Assembly: GCA_051453625.1 (NCBI GenBank)
Contig: JBOZIK010000001.1
Coordinates: 14,023,488 to 14,087,487, forward strand
DNA from: Welwitschia mirabilis
Taxonomy: Eukaryota
Length of the DNA stretch: 64,000 nt
Reading direction: 5' to 3'
The notes beneath the pieces are model-generated. The model was not told the DNA's origin. It did no database searches and saw only the letters and a list, made by a program, of their open reading frames with translations. A program made the translations under genes and the position numbers. Shown piece after piece: positions 25,150-39,257 of this stretch. How positions within the stretch are numbered: position 1 is the first letter of the stretch; each line of letters opens with the position of its first letter.

Positions 25150-28100
25150 TCATTGGCTAGAAGATTTAAGTTGTATAAATTCTACAACCTAAGACACCCA
25201 GAAAAAGTAAGAAATATATATATAGTATTAATACCCACTTTTGAGGATAGGAAATTAGAAGAACCTCCACTACATTTAAGTCTGTTTGATGCCTTTAGAA
25301 AAGCAAATTATCTTGATTCAGTATCTGATTTTTTAAGGTATTTTCATTCTTCTTTAAAAGGGGATTCTCAGCTATGATATCNNNNNNNNNNNNNNNNNNN
25401 NNNNNNNNNNNNNNNNNNNNNNNNNNNNNNNNNNNNNNNNNNNNNNNNNNNNNNNNNNNNNNNNNNNNNNNNNNNNNNNNNGCAAATTATCTTGATTCAG
25501 TATCTGATTTTTTAAGGTATTTTCTTTTTTCTTTAAAAGGGGATTCTCAGCTATGATATCATAAAATTTCTAATCATGCTTCTAGTTCATAGGTAATTCT
25601 TAAGAATGATTTGTTAGCTAAATTTTAACCTATAAGGATAGTTGAAGATTTAAAAGAGTAAATTTTGATTATCAAATAGAAAGATAATAAAAGGTTTAAT
25701 TAGTTCATCGATAGGTATAATATATTATTAGCTAAATGTTCTAATAATAGAATTGCAACTAGAGAATGATTTAGAGATTTACTTAGAGGATTACAGAGTC
25801 AAACCTTAAAGGAATTAAACTTACTATATAGAATAAGAATCAAGACAAAGAACATTTAAGAAGTAGTAGAAGCTATACTTAATTTTATAACATGAGTTAG
25901 GGATGGGGACAATAAGGTAAAAAGAAGAAAAGAGTAAATGAAGTATTTACCCCAGAAGGAGATGGTAGTATGTATAGTTCAAAGTGTATCAATCTTATGA
26001 AAGAATTAGCTAAAAAAGTAACTAATAGTATGGTAGGAAAATTTGATTAATTAGCTATAAAATACTTTAAAGAAGAAAAATGACATATATGTGAAAATTG
26101 TGAAGAATATAATCATGAATAAATAGAATGTCCCTAGGTGAAAAAATTTGTTCATTGATTAGATATTAATAAAGTATATTTAAACATAAGAAATCAACTT
26201 CAAATAAGAAAAAAATGATATCCTTATCAAAGTAGAAAATGAGAAGGTAAGTCAAAAAATCCTTTACAAAAGTATGTAAATTTTGAAAAGTAAGAGTAAT
26301 ATGAACATTATATAAATTGGAGAAACAAAGATTTTAAATATATAAAAAAAAATTAAAGGCAAAAAAAATTAATGAAAAATTCCTATTTAATCTCAACCAA
26401 ACCCAAGAAAAACATCAAGTAAAGTAGTAACTACTAGACCTAGAAAACAAATGATAATAGATGAAGATGAATAGCTCTCCAATTAAGGAAGGAATAAATA
26501 TAGGGAAGAAAGTAGTAATTTATGCATTAGTAGGTCCTCTACCTTTTTTAATGAGAAGTAAACAAATAGAACATCTAAAAATTGAGAAGAACATAGAATA
26601 TTTAACAAAAGTTTTAGAAGATATAATAATATCATTACATCTTTTAAAATTAGTAAAATATATACCTATGTATTGAAATCAAATGAAAATCATGTACTCA
26701 AAATAAAGGAATAAAAAGGAAAGCAATAAGGAAAAACAAATAGAGATGGTAATAAAAGATCAGGTTTCTTGGGCTTCAATCCAAATTCTTCAAAATAAAC
26801 AATATGAGAAATACAGTGATCTAGGAACACTTATGATAGATATAAAAATTGATGGGAATATTAAAGTAGAAACACTTGTGAATCTAGAAGCAAGTATTAA
26901 TGTGATGACATATGACACTTATAAGAAGTTATAAAAGCCTAAATTAATACCTTACCAAGAAAAAATATGTCTAGTAGATGGATCAACAATAATGTTAGAA
27001 GTTGTTCTAAAAGATATATCCATCAAACTCTAGGGATTTATCTATTTGATGGCTTATTTAGTAATGAATACTAGGAATATACCCATGTGATAATTTTGGA
27101 AAGATCATAAATGGCTACTATAGATGCTATAATTTATTCAAGTAGAGGGGTAATGGAAATTATTTTAGGAGGTATTAAGGAAAAGATTAAGTTATCTGAT
27201 GCAGTAATTATAGAGAATGTGACATACAATAGAAAGGCTAGAATTAATGCAATTCTGACATAAGAATTTATTATAATGTTAAATAAGAAAAATGAAGAAA
27301 AGTATGAAGAAGAAAGTTTGACATCTTAAGAAATAGAAAAACCTCCACTCAAAGAAGAATTATAGTATTAAAGTGGCTCCAAATAGACCCTTAATTATAA
27401 ATAGTTATTTAATCCATTCTTAGAAAAGAAAGCATAAAAAAATGTTAATTAGAAGAAAATGATCTTTTCTTAGGATTATAAAAATAATAAGAAAATAGAT
27501 CCAAAAATATATCAACATAGAACTTATTTATGTACTTCTATTAAATCAAACAATCAGCTAAAAAGATGATGTAATCCATATGTAGGAACTAATTAAATAA
27601 GAAATTTCTAAACTTTTAGATGTTGGATTCATCTATCATATATCTAATTTATAATGGAGTAGTTATATTATAGCGGTACCAAAGAAGGGATATAAATGGA
27701 AAGTCTGTACAGATTTTTGAATGTTTAATACTGCAACTTATAAAGATCATTTTTCTATTTCATTTATAGATCAAGATTTAGAATGAGTATTTAAACATTA
27801 GGATTATAATATTTTTTTGATGGATATAGTGGATATAATCAAGTCCCAATGACTTTAGAAGATCAAGCCAAAACAACTTTTACTTGTCATTGCAATACTT
27901 ATGCCTATAAATCATTACCATTTAGNNNNNNNNNNNNNNNNNNNNNNNNNNNNNNNNNNNNNNNNNNNNNNNNNNNNNNNNNNNNNNNNNNNNNNNNNNN
28001 NNNNNNNNNNNNNNNNNNNNNNNNNAATAAGAAAAATGAAGAAAAGTATGAAGAAGAAAGTTTCACATCTCAAGAAATAGAAAAACCTCCACTCAAAGAA

Positions 28101-31100
28101 GAATTATAGTATATTAAAGTGGCTCCAAATAGACCCTTAATTATAAATAATCATTTAACACATTCTGAGAAAAGAAAGCATAAAAAAATTTTGATTAGAA
28201 GAAAAGGATTTTTTTCTTAGGATCATACAAATAATAAGAAAATAGATCCAAAAATATATCAACATAGAACTTATTTACATACTTCTATTAAATCAAACAG
28301 TTAGCTGAAAAGATGATGTAATCCATATGTAGGAAATAATTAAATAAGAAATTTCTAAACTTTTAGATGTTAGATTCATCTATTGTATATCTAATTTAGA
28401 ATGGAGTAGTTATATTATAGCAGTGCCAAAGAAGGAAAATAAATGTAAAGTATGTATAGATTTTTGAATGTTTAATACCATAATTTATAAAGATTATTTT
28501 TCTATTTCATTTATAGATCAAGATTTAGAATGAGTATTTATACATTAGGATTATAATTTTCTTTATGGATATAGTGGATATAATCAAGTCCCAATGACTT
28601 TGGAAGATCAAGACAAGACAACTTTTACTTGTCATTATAGTACTTATGCCTATAAGGCATTACCATTTAGATTATGTAATACCATTGCTATCTTGTAAAG
28701 GATAGTAAACAATATATTTTAAGATATGATAGGAAGATCTATTGAAGTGTTTATGGATGATTTCTCAATTTTTAAAAATTATTTGGATGAGTTACTCAAC
28801 TGATTGAAAAGAGTTTTAAAAAGATGTAAAAAGAAACATCTAAAACTTAGCTGGTGAAAAAGTTATCTTATGGTGAGAAAATACATATTTTAAAGCATAC
28901 AATATCTCAAAAAGGATTTCAAAATAATGAATAAAAAATTAAAGCTATAAAAGATATTTTACCCCAACCAAACTAGAAACATTAAGATCTTTCTTAGGGA
29001 ATGTTGAATGTTATAGAAGATTTATATCTAACTAAAATAAAATTATTATACCTTTGAATAACCTTTTACATAAGGATGTGGACTATAATTGGATTAATGA
29101 ATGTCAAAGTATCTATAGAACTTTAAAAATAAATATTTATCAACACCCATGTTATAAAGACCTAATTGGACCAGACCATTTTACATTATGACTAACGCAT
29201 CTAGTCATNNNNNNNNNNNNNNNNNNNNNNNNNNNNNNNNNNNNNNNNNNNNNNNNNNNNNNNNNNNNNNNNNNNNNNNNNNNNNNNNNNNNNNNNNNNN
29301 NNNNNNNNAACAATATCTTTTAAGATATGATAGGAAGATCTATTGAAGTGTTAATGGATGATTTCTCAATTTTTAAAAATTATTTTAATGAGTTACTCAA
29401 TTGATTGGAAAGAGGTTTAAAAAGATGCAAAAAGAAACACCTAAAACTTAGCTGGTCAAAAAGTTATCTTATGATGATAAAATACATGTTTTAAAGCATA
29501 CAATATCTCAAAAGGGGTTTCAAACTAATGAACAAAAAATTAAAGCTATGAAAGATATTTTACCCCAATCAAACTAGAAACATTAAGATCTTTCTTAGGG
29601 AATGTTGAATGTTATAGAAGATTTATATCTAACTAAAATAAAATTGTTATACCTATAAATAACCTTTTACAGAAGGATGTGGAATATAATTGGATTAATG
29701 AATGTCAAAGTGTCTATAGAAATTTAAAAATAAAAATTTATCAACACCCATTTTACAAATACCTAATTGGACAAGACCATTTCACATTATGACCAATGCA
29801 TCTAGTCATGCCATGGGAGTTATTCTAGGTTGAATAGATAAAAATAATAAATCACATGCAATTACCTATATTAGTAAGAAATTTAAACCACCTTAATAAA
29901 ATTACATAGTAATTTAGAAAGAGTTGTTAGTAGTAGTAATAGCATTAGAAAAATTCAAACATTATATTCTAGGTTACAAAGTGAAATTTCATATAAATCA
30001 TAGTCCTATTAGATTTTTAATGAATAAAAAAGAAGCAAATTCAAGAATTATGAAATGAATACTATTGATGTAAGAATTTGACTTAAAAATTATTGATATA
30101 AGAAGGACAAAAAATGTAGTAGTAGATTATATCTCTATATTAGAGTTTCTTGATGAAGAACAAATAAATATAAAAGATGAATTTCCAGATGAACATCTTT
30201 TTCAAGCAAAAACTAGTCCATGGTATGCTAATATAGAAAATTTCATTGTAACTAAGAAATTATCATATTTTATGAATTATTATGAAAGAAAGAAATTGTT
30301 AAAAGACTCTAGATACTATGTATGACATGATAAGATGTTATTTAAAAGATGTAAAGATCATGTTATTAAAAGATGTGTAGAATAAAATTTGTAGAAATAA
30401 GTTCTAAAGGAATCTTAACAAGGAGGAGGAAATTATGGTGCAAGAAGAATAGGGATAATAATTCTTCATATGGAATACTACTAGCCTATAATATCTAAAT
30501 ATTTAAATGTATATATCTAGATTTGTGATAAGTATCAAAGAGAGGAATCATTTAACTAGAAATTAGAAATGTCACAATAATGGATTTAGTCAATTAAATC
30601 CTTTAATATTTGGGAAATAAATTCATTAGATCTATTAACCCTTCCTCTTATGAAAATAAATATATTTTGGTCTACATTGATTATTTCACTAAGCAGGTTG
30701 ATGCTAAGGTTGTATTTCACTATTCTTCTAAACTATAGTTAACTTTTTTCTTAAAAATATCATCTATTAGTTNNNNNNNNNNNNNNNNNNNNNNNNNNNN
30801 NNNNNNNNNNNNNNNNNNNNNNNNNNNNNNNNNNNNNNNNNNNNNNNNNNNNNNNNNNNNNNNNNNNNNNNNNNNNNNNNNNNNNNNNNNNNNNNNNNNN
30901 NNNNNNNNNNNNNNNNNNNNNNNNNNNNNNNNNNNNNNNNNNNNNNNNNNNNNNNNNNNNNNNNNNNNNNNNNNNNNNNNNNNNNNNNNNNNNNNNNNNN
31001 NNNNNNNNNNNNNNNNNNCATAGGGCTTACACCATATGAATTAGTCTATGGAAAAAGAGACATTTTGCTAACTGGATTTAGAATAAAAATATTTAAATTG

Positions 31101-31445
31101 CCTAAAGAACTCAAGTGTAATTTGGATATAGCTTAAGAAGAATGGATAGAAAACATGAATATTTTATATGAATATAGAAAATAAGCTCTTTTTCATAAAG
31201 AACTTATACAATAAAAACCTAAAATATATTATGATAATAAAATTAGAAAAACCAATTTTAATCTAGGAGATCCTATATTAATCTATGATCCTAAAAAGAT
31301 TCATTTAAAATAGAAATGTAAATAAAATTAGCTAGGATCTTATACCATAATAAAAATTTTGAAAAATAGACCCATAGAGGTATATGATCTTGATGTAAAA
31401 GTCATCTACCAAGTTAATGGGTAGAGAATAAGAATGTATTATGAT
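25150..31445 (+). pseudogene. Degenerate gag-pol polyprotein (gag, protease, RT, RNase H, integrase) of nested element
   Basis: Gag 'RYNILLAKC' (~25712); protease 'YSDLGTLMI..TLVNLEASINVM' (26810-26910). RT 'KLLDVGFIY', 'VPKKG.KWKVCTDF', 'KDHFSISFIDQ', 'DGYSGYNQV', 'EVFMDDFS' (28744). RNase H 'FHIMTNASSHAMGVILG' (~29780). Integrase 'PWYAN' (30218), 'DYFTK', 'TPYELVYGK', 'VNG*RI..YY' (~31413). Riddled with stops; parts are duplicated across gaps. Confidence 0.95.
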
Positions 31446-34400
31446 CATAAATATTTACTACATTATTTAGGAAACCCTTATAAGGTGGAAGGAATACTTT
31501 CTACTTGTAAAATAAAAAAAAAATAGACTAGATAATAAAGTACATTTCAATTCTTTAAAGTCTTTTAAATCCATTAATTTATTAAGTTGATTAGAATAAA
31601 TCTAAAGTTTTTGAAGTAAGAAGCTAACTTGGCAAGTCTTCAACAAGATATTGTACATTATCCTCACTAAGAAGATTAAGAAGATACTTTTTATCACATG
31701 ATAGAATATCTTTTGATAAATATATATTAAAAAAATCATAATATTCTACTATAAGTGCACTAAGGTAAATATTTCCAAGAGGGGCCTTTAACAATGCAAT
31801 ATGATAGCTATGATAACTTCACTGAGGGTTTAGTTGCCTGTGACCTAGATTTAAACAACAAAAAAAAAAAAAAAAATCTTGTAGGTTCTTACTCCTCTAA
31901 CATTGGTTGCATTCTCCTTATTATGGTTAGAAAATAAAAGTTAAGTTTGTACCCCAAAAGTCATCTTAGATATAGATATTTACTAAGGCTATAACTATAT
32001 ATCACAACTTACCAAACGAAAAAAAAAGAGGAATAAAAGGAGGGAAAAAAAGAAGAATTTTATTCTAGTATATTATGGAATGTGAATTAAAAGATCAATC
32101 TAATAACATGCATAATTATTAAAGTTTATTTTAGCAAAGAGTAAAACTTCATAGTTTTAAAGTCATTTTGAATTATTTTAACAATTTGATAAATTGTTTA
32201 GTATGAATTCCCTTTAATGAAATTTCTATGACCATAAGAAAATAAAAAAAATAGTTATGAGATAACTTTATTTAAAATTAAATAACAAATAAAAACTTTA
32301 TTAGATAAAGAAATTTATTACATCATTTCTCAGAACATAACAAAGCCTCACAATCTATTTAAAAACTAGGANNNNNNNNNNNNNNNNNNNNNNNNNNNNN
32401 NNNNNNNNNNNNNNNNNNNNNNNNNNNNNNNNNNNNNNNNNNNNNNNNNNNNNNNNNNNNNNNNNNNNNNNGAATATCTTTTAATAAATATATATTAAAA
32501 AAGTCATAACATTCTATTATAAGTGCACTAGGGTAAATATTCCCAAGAGGGGCCTTTAACAATGCAATATGATAGCTATGATAACTTCACTAAGGGGTTA
32601 GTTACCTGTGATCTAGATTTAAATTAAAAAAAAAAAATATTATAGGTTCTTACTTATCTAACATTGGCTAAACTCTCCTTATTGTGGATAGAAAATAAAA
32701 GTTAAGTTTGTACCCCAAAAGTCATCTCAGATACAGATATTTGCTAAGGCTATAACTATATATCACAACTTACCAAAAAAAAAAAAAAAGAGGAATAAAA
32801 GGAGGAAAAAAAAGAAGAATTTTGTTCTAGTATATGATGAAATGTGAATTAAAAGATATTCAATTCAATAACATGCATAATTATTAAATTTTATTTTAGC
32901 AAAGAGTAAAACTTCATATTTTTAAAGTCATTTTGAATTATTTTAACAATTTGATAAGTTTTTTAGTATGAATTCCCTTTAATGAAATTGCTATAACCAT
33001 AAGAAAGTAAAAAAAAAAGTCATAAGATAACTTTACTTAAAATTAAATAATAAATAAAAACTTTATTAGATAAAGAAATTTTTTACATCATTTCTTAGAA
33101 CATAACAAAGCCTCACAATCTATTTAAAAACTAGAAAATAAATCACTCTTATAAAGTAACTTAATTTTTAAAATGGCTAAAGAGCTTGTTCTTTTTGTTG
33201 AAACATTTGACTATAGATGATGACCCTATAGAACTCTTACCCAAGGGTAGTACGTGAATTTCACTTAAAGACTTTGATAACATGCTTATTTCTTCTGGGT
33301 GAGCTTACTAAAAGTTCTTGTAATGCTTTTCATTCCATATTATTTTTCTATTTTTTCTATGTTAAAGCTTAGGGTAGTTATACTAAGTGTAGTATTAGTA
33401 ACTTGAAGCTAATAAACTCTCTTTTCTCATAACTACATTTTTTTAACTAATTGCCCTAAGGAAATAACATAAGCTAAGTCTCTATGAGTAAGTAACTGAT
33501 GTAGTTATTTTATCATAACCCTTAGATACTTAGCCATAAAGTAATAACTCATGAAATCAAAACTTGGATGAATGATCCCATCCTCAAAGCGTTATTTACC
33601 AGCTTTAGTAATAAATGTATTCAAGATTTCTAAGACTTAAAAAGTTGATTTGTAACCATAATATAATAAGTACTACACCTTATTATTAGACTTACTAGAA
33701 ATCTAAGGATATTGAGATTTTACACTTCTAATGCACATATCAATCTATGTAGAACCTAAGTTAAAAAGGGAATGCTTTAACATCTAAGGTAGCAATCTAA
33801 GAGTGAGTAGGATTAAATGTCATGAGGATTTAATGGAAAGGTATGATAGGGATTGAAAAGAGGTTGAGTAATGGGACTCTAAGACTCAGTATATAAATGG
33901 TGAATGATTAACATGAAAAATGAAATTTATAACATAAGCATTAGTTAGTGAAGTTGACATGTGGTGGATCTTAAGATATTTAATTTACATGTGTTTATTA
34001 GTAAAGTAAAAGATTTGAAAGGAACTACATACTTATTATATCCAATAGCTAAGATGTATCAAGTATCAGCAATAACTTTTGTATCAAGGTAGGGTTTAGG
34101 AACTTCCTAACTGACTAAGGTTCAACTTGAAATAAGAACTTCAGATCAATTTATAATCAATTTAGTTTTTCCCCAAGCCACAATCCTTTGTAGGAAGCCA
34201 GCAGATTTTGTTGTCATCATTGATCATTAAGGGGTTAAGTAAAATCTTGAAATTTATTAAGGAAAATATTTAGATAATGTTATAAAAACAAGATTAGTGG
34301 TAAATAGAAAAATAATATATATGTAGAGGAAATAAGAAGATGAATATTACCTTGATCATGAGCTAAAATTTTAGAATACATTTATCTAGTTAACTAATAC

Positions 34401-35829
34401 TAACTCAAATCTAAAACTTTCANNNNNNNNNNNNNNNNNNNNNNNNNNNNNNNNNNNNNNNNNNNNNNNNNNNNNNNNNNNNNNNNNNNNNNNNNNNNNN
34501 NNNNNNNNNNNNNNNNNNNNNNGATCATAAGCTAAAATTTTAGAATACATTTATCTAGTTAACTAAGGCTAACCCAAATCTGAAACTTTAAGTCAGATTT
34601 TAAGCCAACTTGAAGGTATTCCTACATTTTGTATTGTGTTTAAACCTACAATAAAACAATATCCCCTAGTTGATTAATACTAGCTCAAATCCAAAAATTT
34701 GAGTTGGATTTCAAGATAAGTACTTTTAAGCAAGTTCAAAAAGTTGACTGACACTAGTTTAAAGTTGAAACTTTGGGTCAAATTTTAAGTCAACTTACTT
34801 TTGAACTTATTACTGAAGGGTGGGATTATTTCTCGACAACCCCATCAATTTTTTACTATATCTTGTTCATTTGATCTCATTTCCTTATTCTCACTCATTT
34901 AATTCTATTTAAGTGTTAAGGATTTGAAGGAACTCATTGAGAGATTTTAACTTCTAGATAACCTCCTTTAAACCCCTTTGTTAGCTCCATAATATATTTG
35001 ATAACTTTTGTTAATAACTCAAGAGTTCTCGATGATTCTCATTGAATGCTTTTGTTGTGGAGACCAACAACCACTTAAATATGATATTCCATTTTTCTAG
35101 CCAATCAGTTGGAACTTTTCTCAATGATCCGCATCTTAGTCTCAATGACCTCCATTAAAAATAAACACATAACTTTCTTCCATGCTACATAGACCATGTT
35201 AGCCTCTACCATATATACTCCACATCAATCAATTTCCTTATTATTCTCCTTACCACTCTATCATTTAATTTTCAAACATTAGCACCATGTGGAATAATTC
35301 CAATTCAAATTATATTTTTATGAAAAGTTTTAGCCTCTTCATATGTGTGAATTTGATGCAACAGTGAATATAATTTTTTACCTATTTTATGTGGAAAATA
35401 GATAAGTAATTTCAATTTTACTTTTACATTTTTCTTTCTTATGAAATGTCATACTCTATAATGCTTTATGGTTCTTATGTATCTTAGAACTATGATAGCA
35501 TAACTTTAAATAAAAATTTTAAGTTTTTCTAATGTTATTATTTTTAGCATTTAGGAGTATAAAATATTTAAATGGAGGCTAGAATAAACACAATTTTGTA
35601 ATTTTGTAAAAACAAATTAAATGATTTTCTTTAAAATGCTTTTATAAAAACATGTTTTAGATTTTGTAAAAATAACTCTATAAAAATACATTTTCTATTC
35701 CTTCTGTAAAGACCTAACTTGCTTAATGAATTGTTTCTCAGACATTATTAGTTGAGTAGTTTTCTTCATAATGTTTTTTAAATAATTTTTTAAATGAATT
35801 CATCTTACTCAAACAATAATAATAATTTA

Positions 35830-38800
35830 ACAAAGTGCAAAATTATTTTCTATTTAAACTTTACAAACTTACTTTCTAATCTTTATTTGATAGAATTTAA
35901 ATAGAGAATTATTGAATTAGGGTGGTATGAATGGCTAATTATGAATGGCAGATTCAGTCTAAAATCTATCTACAAATTTTATAAGAATTTAAGATTTGAT
36001 AATAAGAAAAATGTATTGGAAACAATTGTGGAAGATAAAAGAATGTCAATTACTTAAGAAGATATCAAAAAAAATGTTACACTTGCTACCTAGAGGAAAA
36101 TACATTAAGGACACAAGTAGAAAAAAAAATACAAATTTAAGTATGAGTCTTTTAAGAATGATGATAATGTAGGGTATAATTCTAATGGATAAGGACTCAG
36201 AACCTTAAATTATTCATTATTTTTAAAATTGTTGCAAGTAATTTGGTATCAATCCTTCATAAACAGAAAGGCATCACATTACATGGCCTATATATAATAG
36301 TAACTATGAAGGATAAGATAAATTAAGCAAATGTAAATATCACATAAGGGATGCTTTTAAGTTTGGTAAGACATATTTCAAAAATGATAAAGTTAGAACA
36401 TAAGATTCTAGCATAGTAGTGCTAGGATTTCCATCTTTAATAGCTCAAATATTAAGTAAAAATAATGTTTTATTTTGATCAAATAAGTCCTATGTAGACT
36501 GAACAATTCTAAGTTTATATAGAATCAAAGAGTTAAGTATTCTAAAACCATAGGATAAAGGACTATTCAACTAAACCCAAAAAAACCATCTTCTGCTCCT
36601 TAGAGTTTATCTTTAATTCTACCTCTTCCAAGTATGTCCCAAGACATTTAATAACTACTTTCTTTCCATCCACTATAGTATGGTCAATTCTCCAAAGCAC
36701 TAGAAAAAATATAAGATTGATAATCTTTGTAACACTTTGAATTCATTTATATATAACATTAAAACCTATATTAGTAAAAAAAAAGGAAGTTTTAGCATTG
36801 CATAATCAAATTTGTAATTCTAAAAATTGAGAATGAATTTTTGAGATAGAAATTAAATTAAAAAAAAAAATAAAANNNNNNNNNNNNNNNNNNNNNNNNN
36901 NNNNNNNNNNNNNNNNNNNNNNNNNNNNNNNNNNNNNNNNNNNNNNNNNNNNNNNNNNNNNNNNNNNNNNNNNNNTTATGTGGCCTATATATAATAGCAA
37001 CTGTAAAGGATAAGATAAATTAAACAAATGTAAATATTGCATAAGGGATCTTTTTAGGTTTGGTAAGACATATTTTAAAAATGAAAAAGTTATAACATAA
37101 GCTTATTGCATAGTAGCGCTAGGATTTCCATCTTTAATATCTTAAATATTAAGTAAAAATAAAGTTTCATTTTGATCAAATAAGTCCTATGTAGATTTAA
37201 CAATTCTAAGTTTTTATAGAATCAAAGAGTTAAGTATTCTAAAACCATAAGATAAAAGAGTACTCAACTAGACCTAGAAAAACCATCTTCGTCTCCTTAG
37301 AGTTTATCTTTAATTATACCTCTCCTAAGTATGGCCCAAGACATTTAATAACTAATTTCTTTCCATTTACTATAGTATGGTCAATTCTCTAAAGCACTAG
37401 AAAAATATAAGATTGATAATCTTTGCAACACTTTGAATTCATTTAAATATGACATTAAAACCTATATTAGTAAAAAATATGAAGTTTTAGCATTGCACAA
37501 TCAAATTTGTGATTCTAAAAATTGAGAATGAATTTTTGAGATAAAATCTAAATTTAAAGAAAAATAAAATGCTGAAAGATTACAATAGGAGATCACAAAA
37601 AAAGAGAAAAATATTTAGCTCTCTGAAGCCTATAAGAACATGAGTAAGAAATTATAGAGAGGTTGTGAATGCATTGCTAAATTGAAGATTTTATTATTGA
37701 AGAAAAGGGTGAACTAAAAAATTTTCCAAGATAAAGATTAAACATATTAGTATTCTTATTACAAAATCTAATTATTATAGAATTTAACTTCAAGTAAGAA
37801 ATATAATGCTAAATAGCTAGATCACCAACAAAATTTATTATATCTATGTATAATTAATGGTCCATATTCTTAAGCAGGGAATATTTAGATAAAACCTATA
37901 CAAATATGAGAGGCATGAATGAAAACTTTATGAAGATTTATGCACAAATCCAAGAATATAGATGTAAATGGCTTGAATTTCAAAATTCACTTGGATAATA
38001 TCATTTCATTTTAGAAGCAAATAAGAGATTCATGAATCAAATGATAGAAGAAAATAAGGCTCTCAAGAATAAGATGAGAGTAGCAAGCTCTTTTGGTTAA
38101 TCGCATTAAGATCCAACCAATGAACATATGTCTTTAGAAATAAAAAATGAAATTAGAAGAGTAATGAGTTCAATATTGAACATTCTTTCAACTTCTTCAA
38201 CCATGACTAATGAGATTAAAAATAAAATAAAGTCAAGTATTGCAGATGCTTTAAAGAAGTCTCATACAGAGTTAAAGAAGGATATTAAATTAATATGCTT
38301 AGAATCTATCCATCTTATATTCAAAATTTAGAAAGAGAAAATATGAGATTACTACATGAATTCCACCTAATGAAGGTTAAGTTAAATAATAGGATTGGAT
38401 TTGAGCATAAAGAATTGGCAGTTCCACAAAGCCTTAACTATTATCCTTAGAAACCATATGATTTTGTTTATGGATTTGAAAAGTAATTAGAAAGTATCAT
38501 TTAAAAAACATCGAAGAGTTGGTCAAAAATAAGTAAAAAATTTTATAATTTCAAAAGAGAGATTAAATCTTTGAGGATCAAAATTGTATAAAAAGGGGGT
38601 GAAGTCTCCACCAAATAATTTAAAAAATTTATAAATGATATAGCCACAAAATTTTATAGAATATTAGAAGAATGAAAAATAGATTTGAAATTTTTTTCTA
38701 TGTCCTCTTAGGATTATTAGCAGCTATGTTCCTTTAGAGATAAAATTGTTAAAAATATGGTCATGCTAAGAGACCTTTTTATAGACATATTTTTAAAATT

Positions 38801-39150
38801 AGAAAATAAGGATTATCATAACTATATATAGTTATGATATACTAAACTTCAGGAGAAGGACTATAAGTTGAGATAGCGCCAAAACTAGAACATGTATATC
38901 AAAGTTCTAGATTAAAAATTCTTGTAGATCCTAAAAGAAAGAGAGGAGTGCTAAAAAAACCAAGAGCTTCTTCAAGAGGAAGAGATAGAGGTAAAAATGC
39001 AGCTACTACAAAATCAATAAATATAAAAACTATAGATTTAAATAATCCTACTTTACTAGAGGAACAAAGAAAAATTTTAGCTTTCTTAGAATAGGAAAAA
39101 TAATTAGTCTAATTGGTTAAGAAATTGAAAGAATAGAGTCTAGTAAAGAG
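35830..39150 (+). pseudogene. Degenerate extra 3' ORF (Athila env-like / putative plant transposon protein domain followed by a predicted coiled-coil region)
   Basis: 'ELGWYEWL...IYKFYKNL' (35914-35990), 'TIVEDKRMSIT' and 'LGFPSLIAQIL' (36422) resemble the GW..EFY.N and LPFPSLIT motifs of Athila 3' ORFs. Followed by K/E-rich frames (e.g. ORF 38128-38331). Lies between integrase and the 3' LTR. Confidence 0.6.
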
Positions 39151-39257
39151 TACACTTTTGTTTTTAAAAGAAGAAAAGAAAAAAATGATGAGCCTCTCTT
39201 TCTCTCTCTTTTGTATATATTTATTAAGGAGCTAATAAAACCTTGATCTTGGAAAAC

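Noticed and set aside
27282..29810. Retrotransposon with tandemly duplicated RT domains
   Set aside because: Each duplication straddles a 100-N gap like the others in the window; best explained as an assembly artefact.
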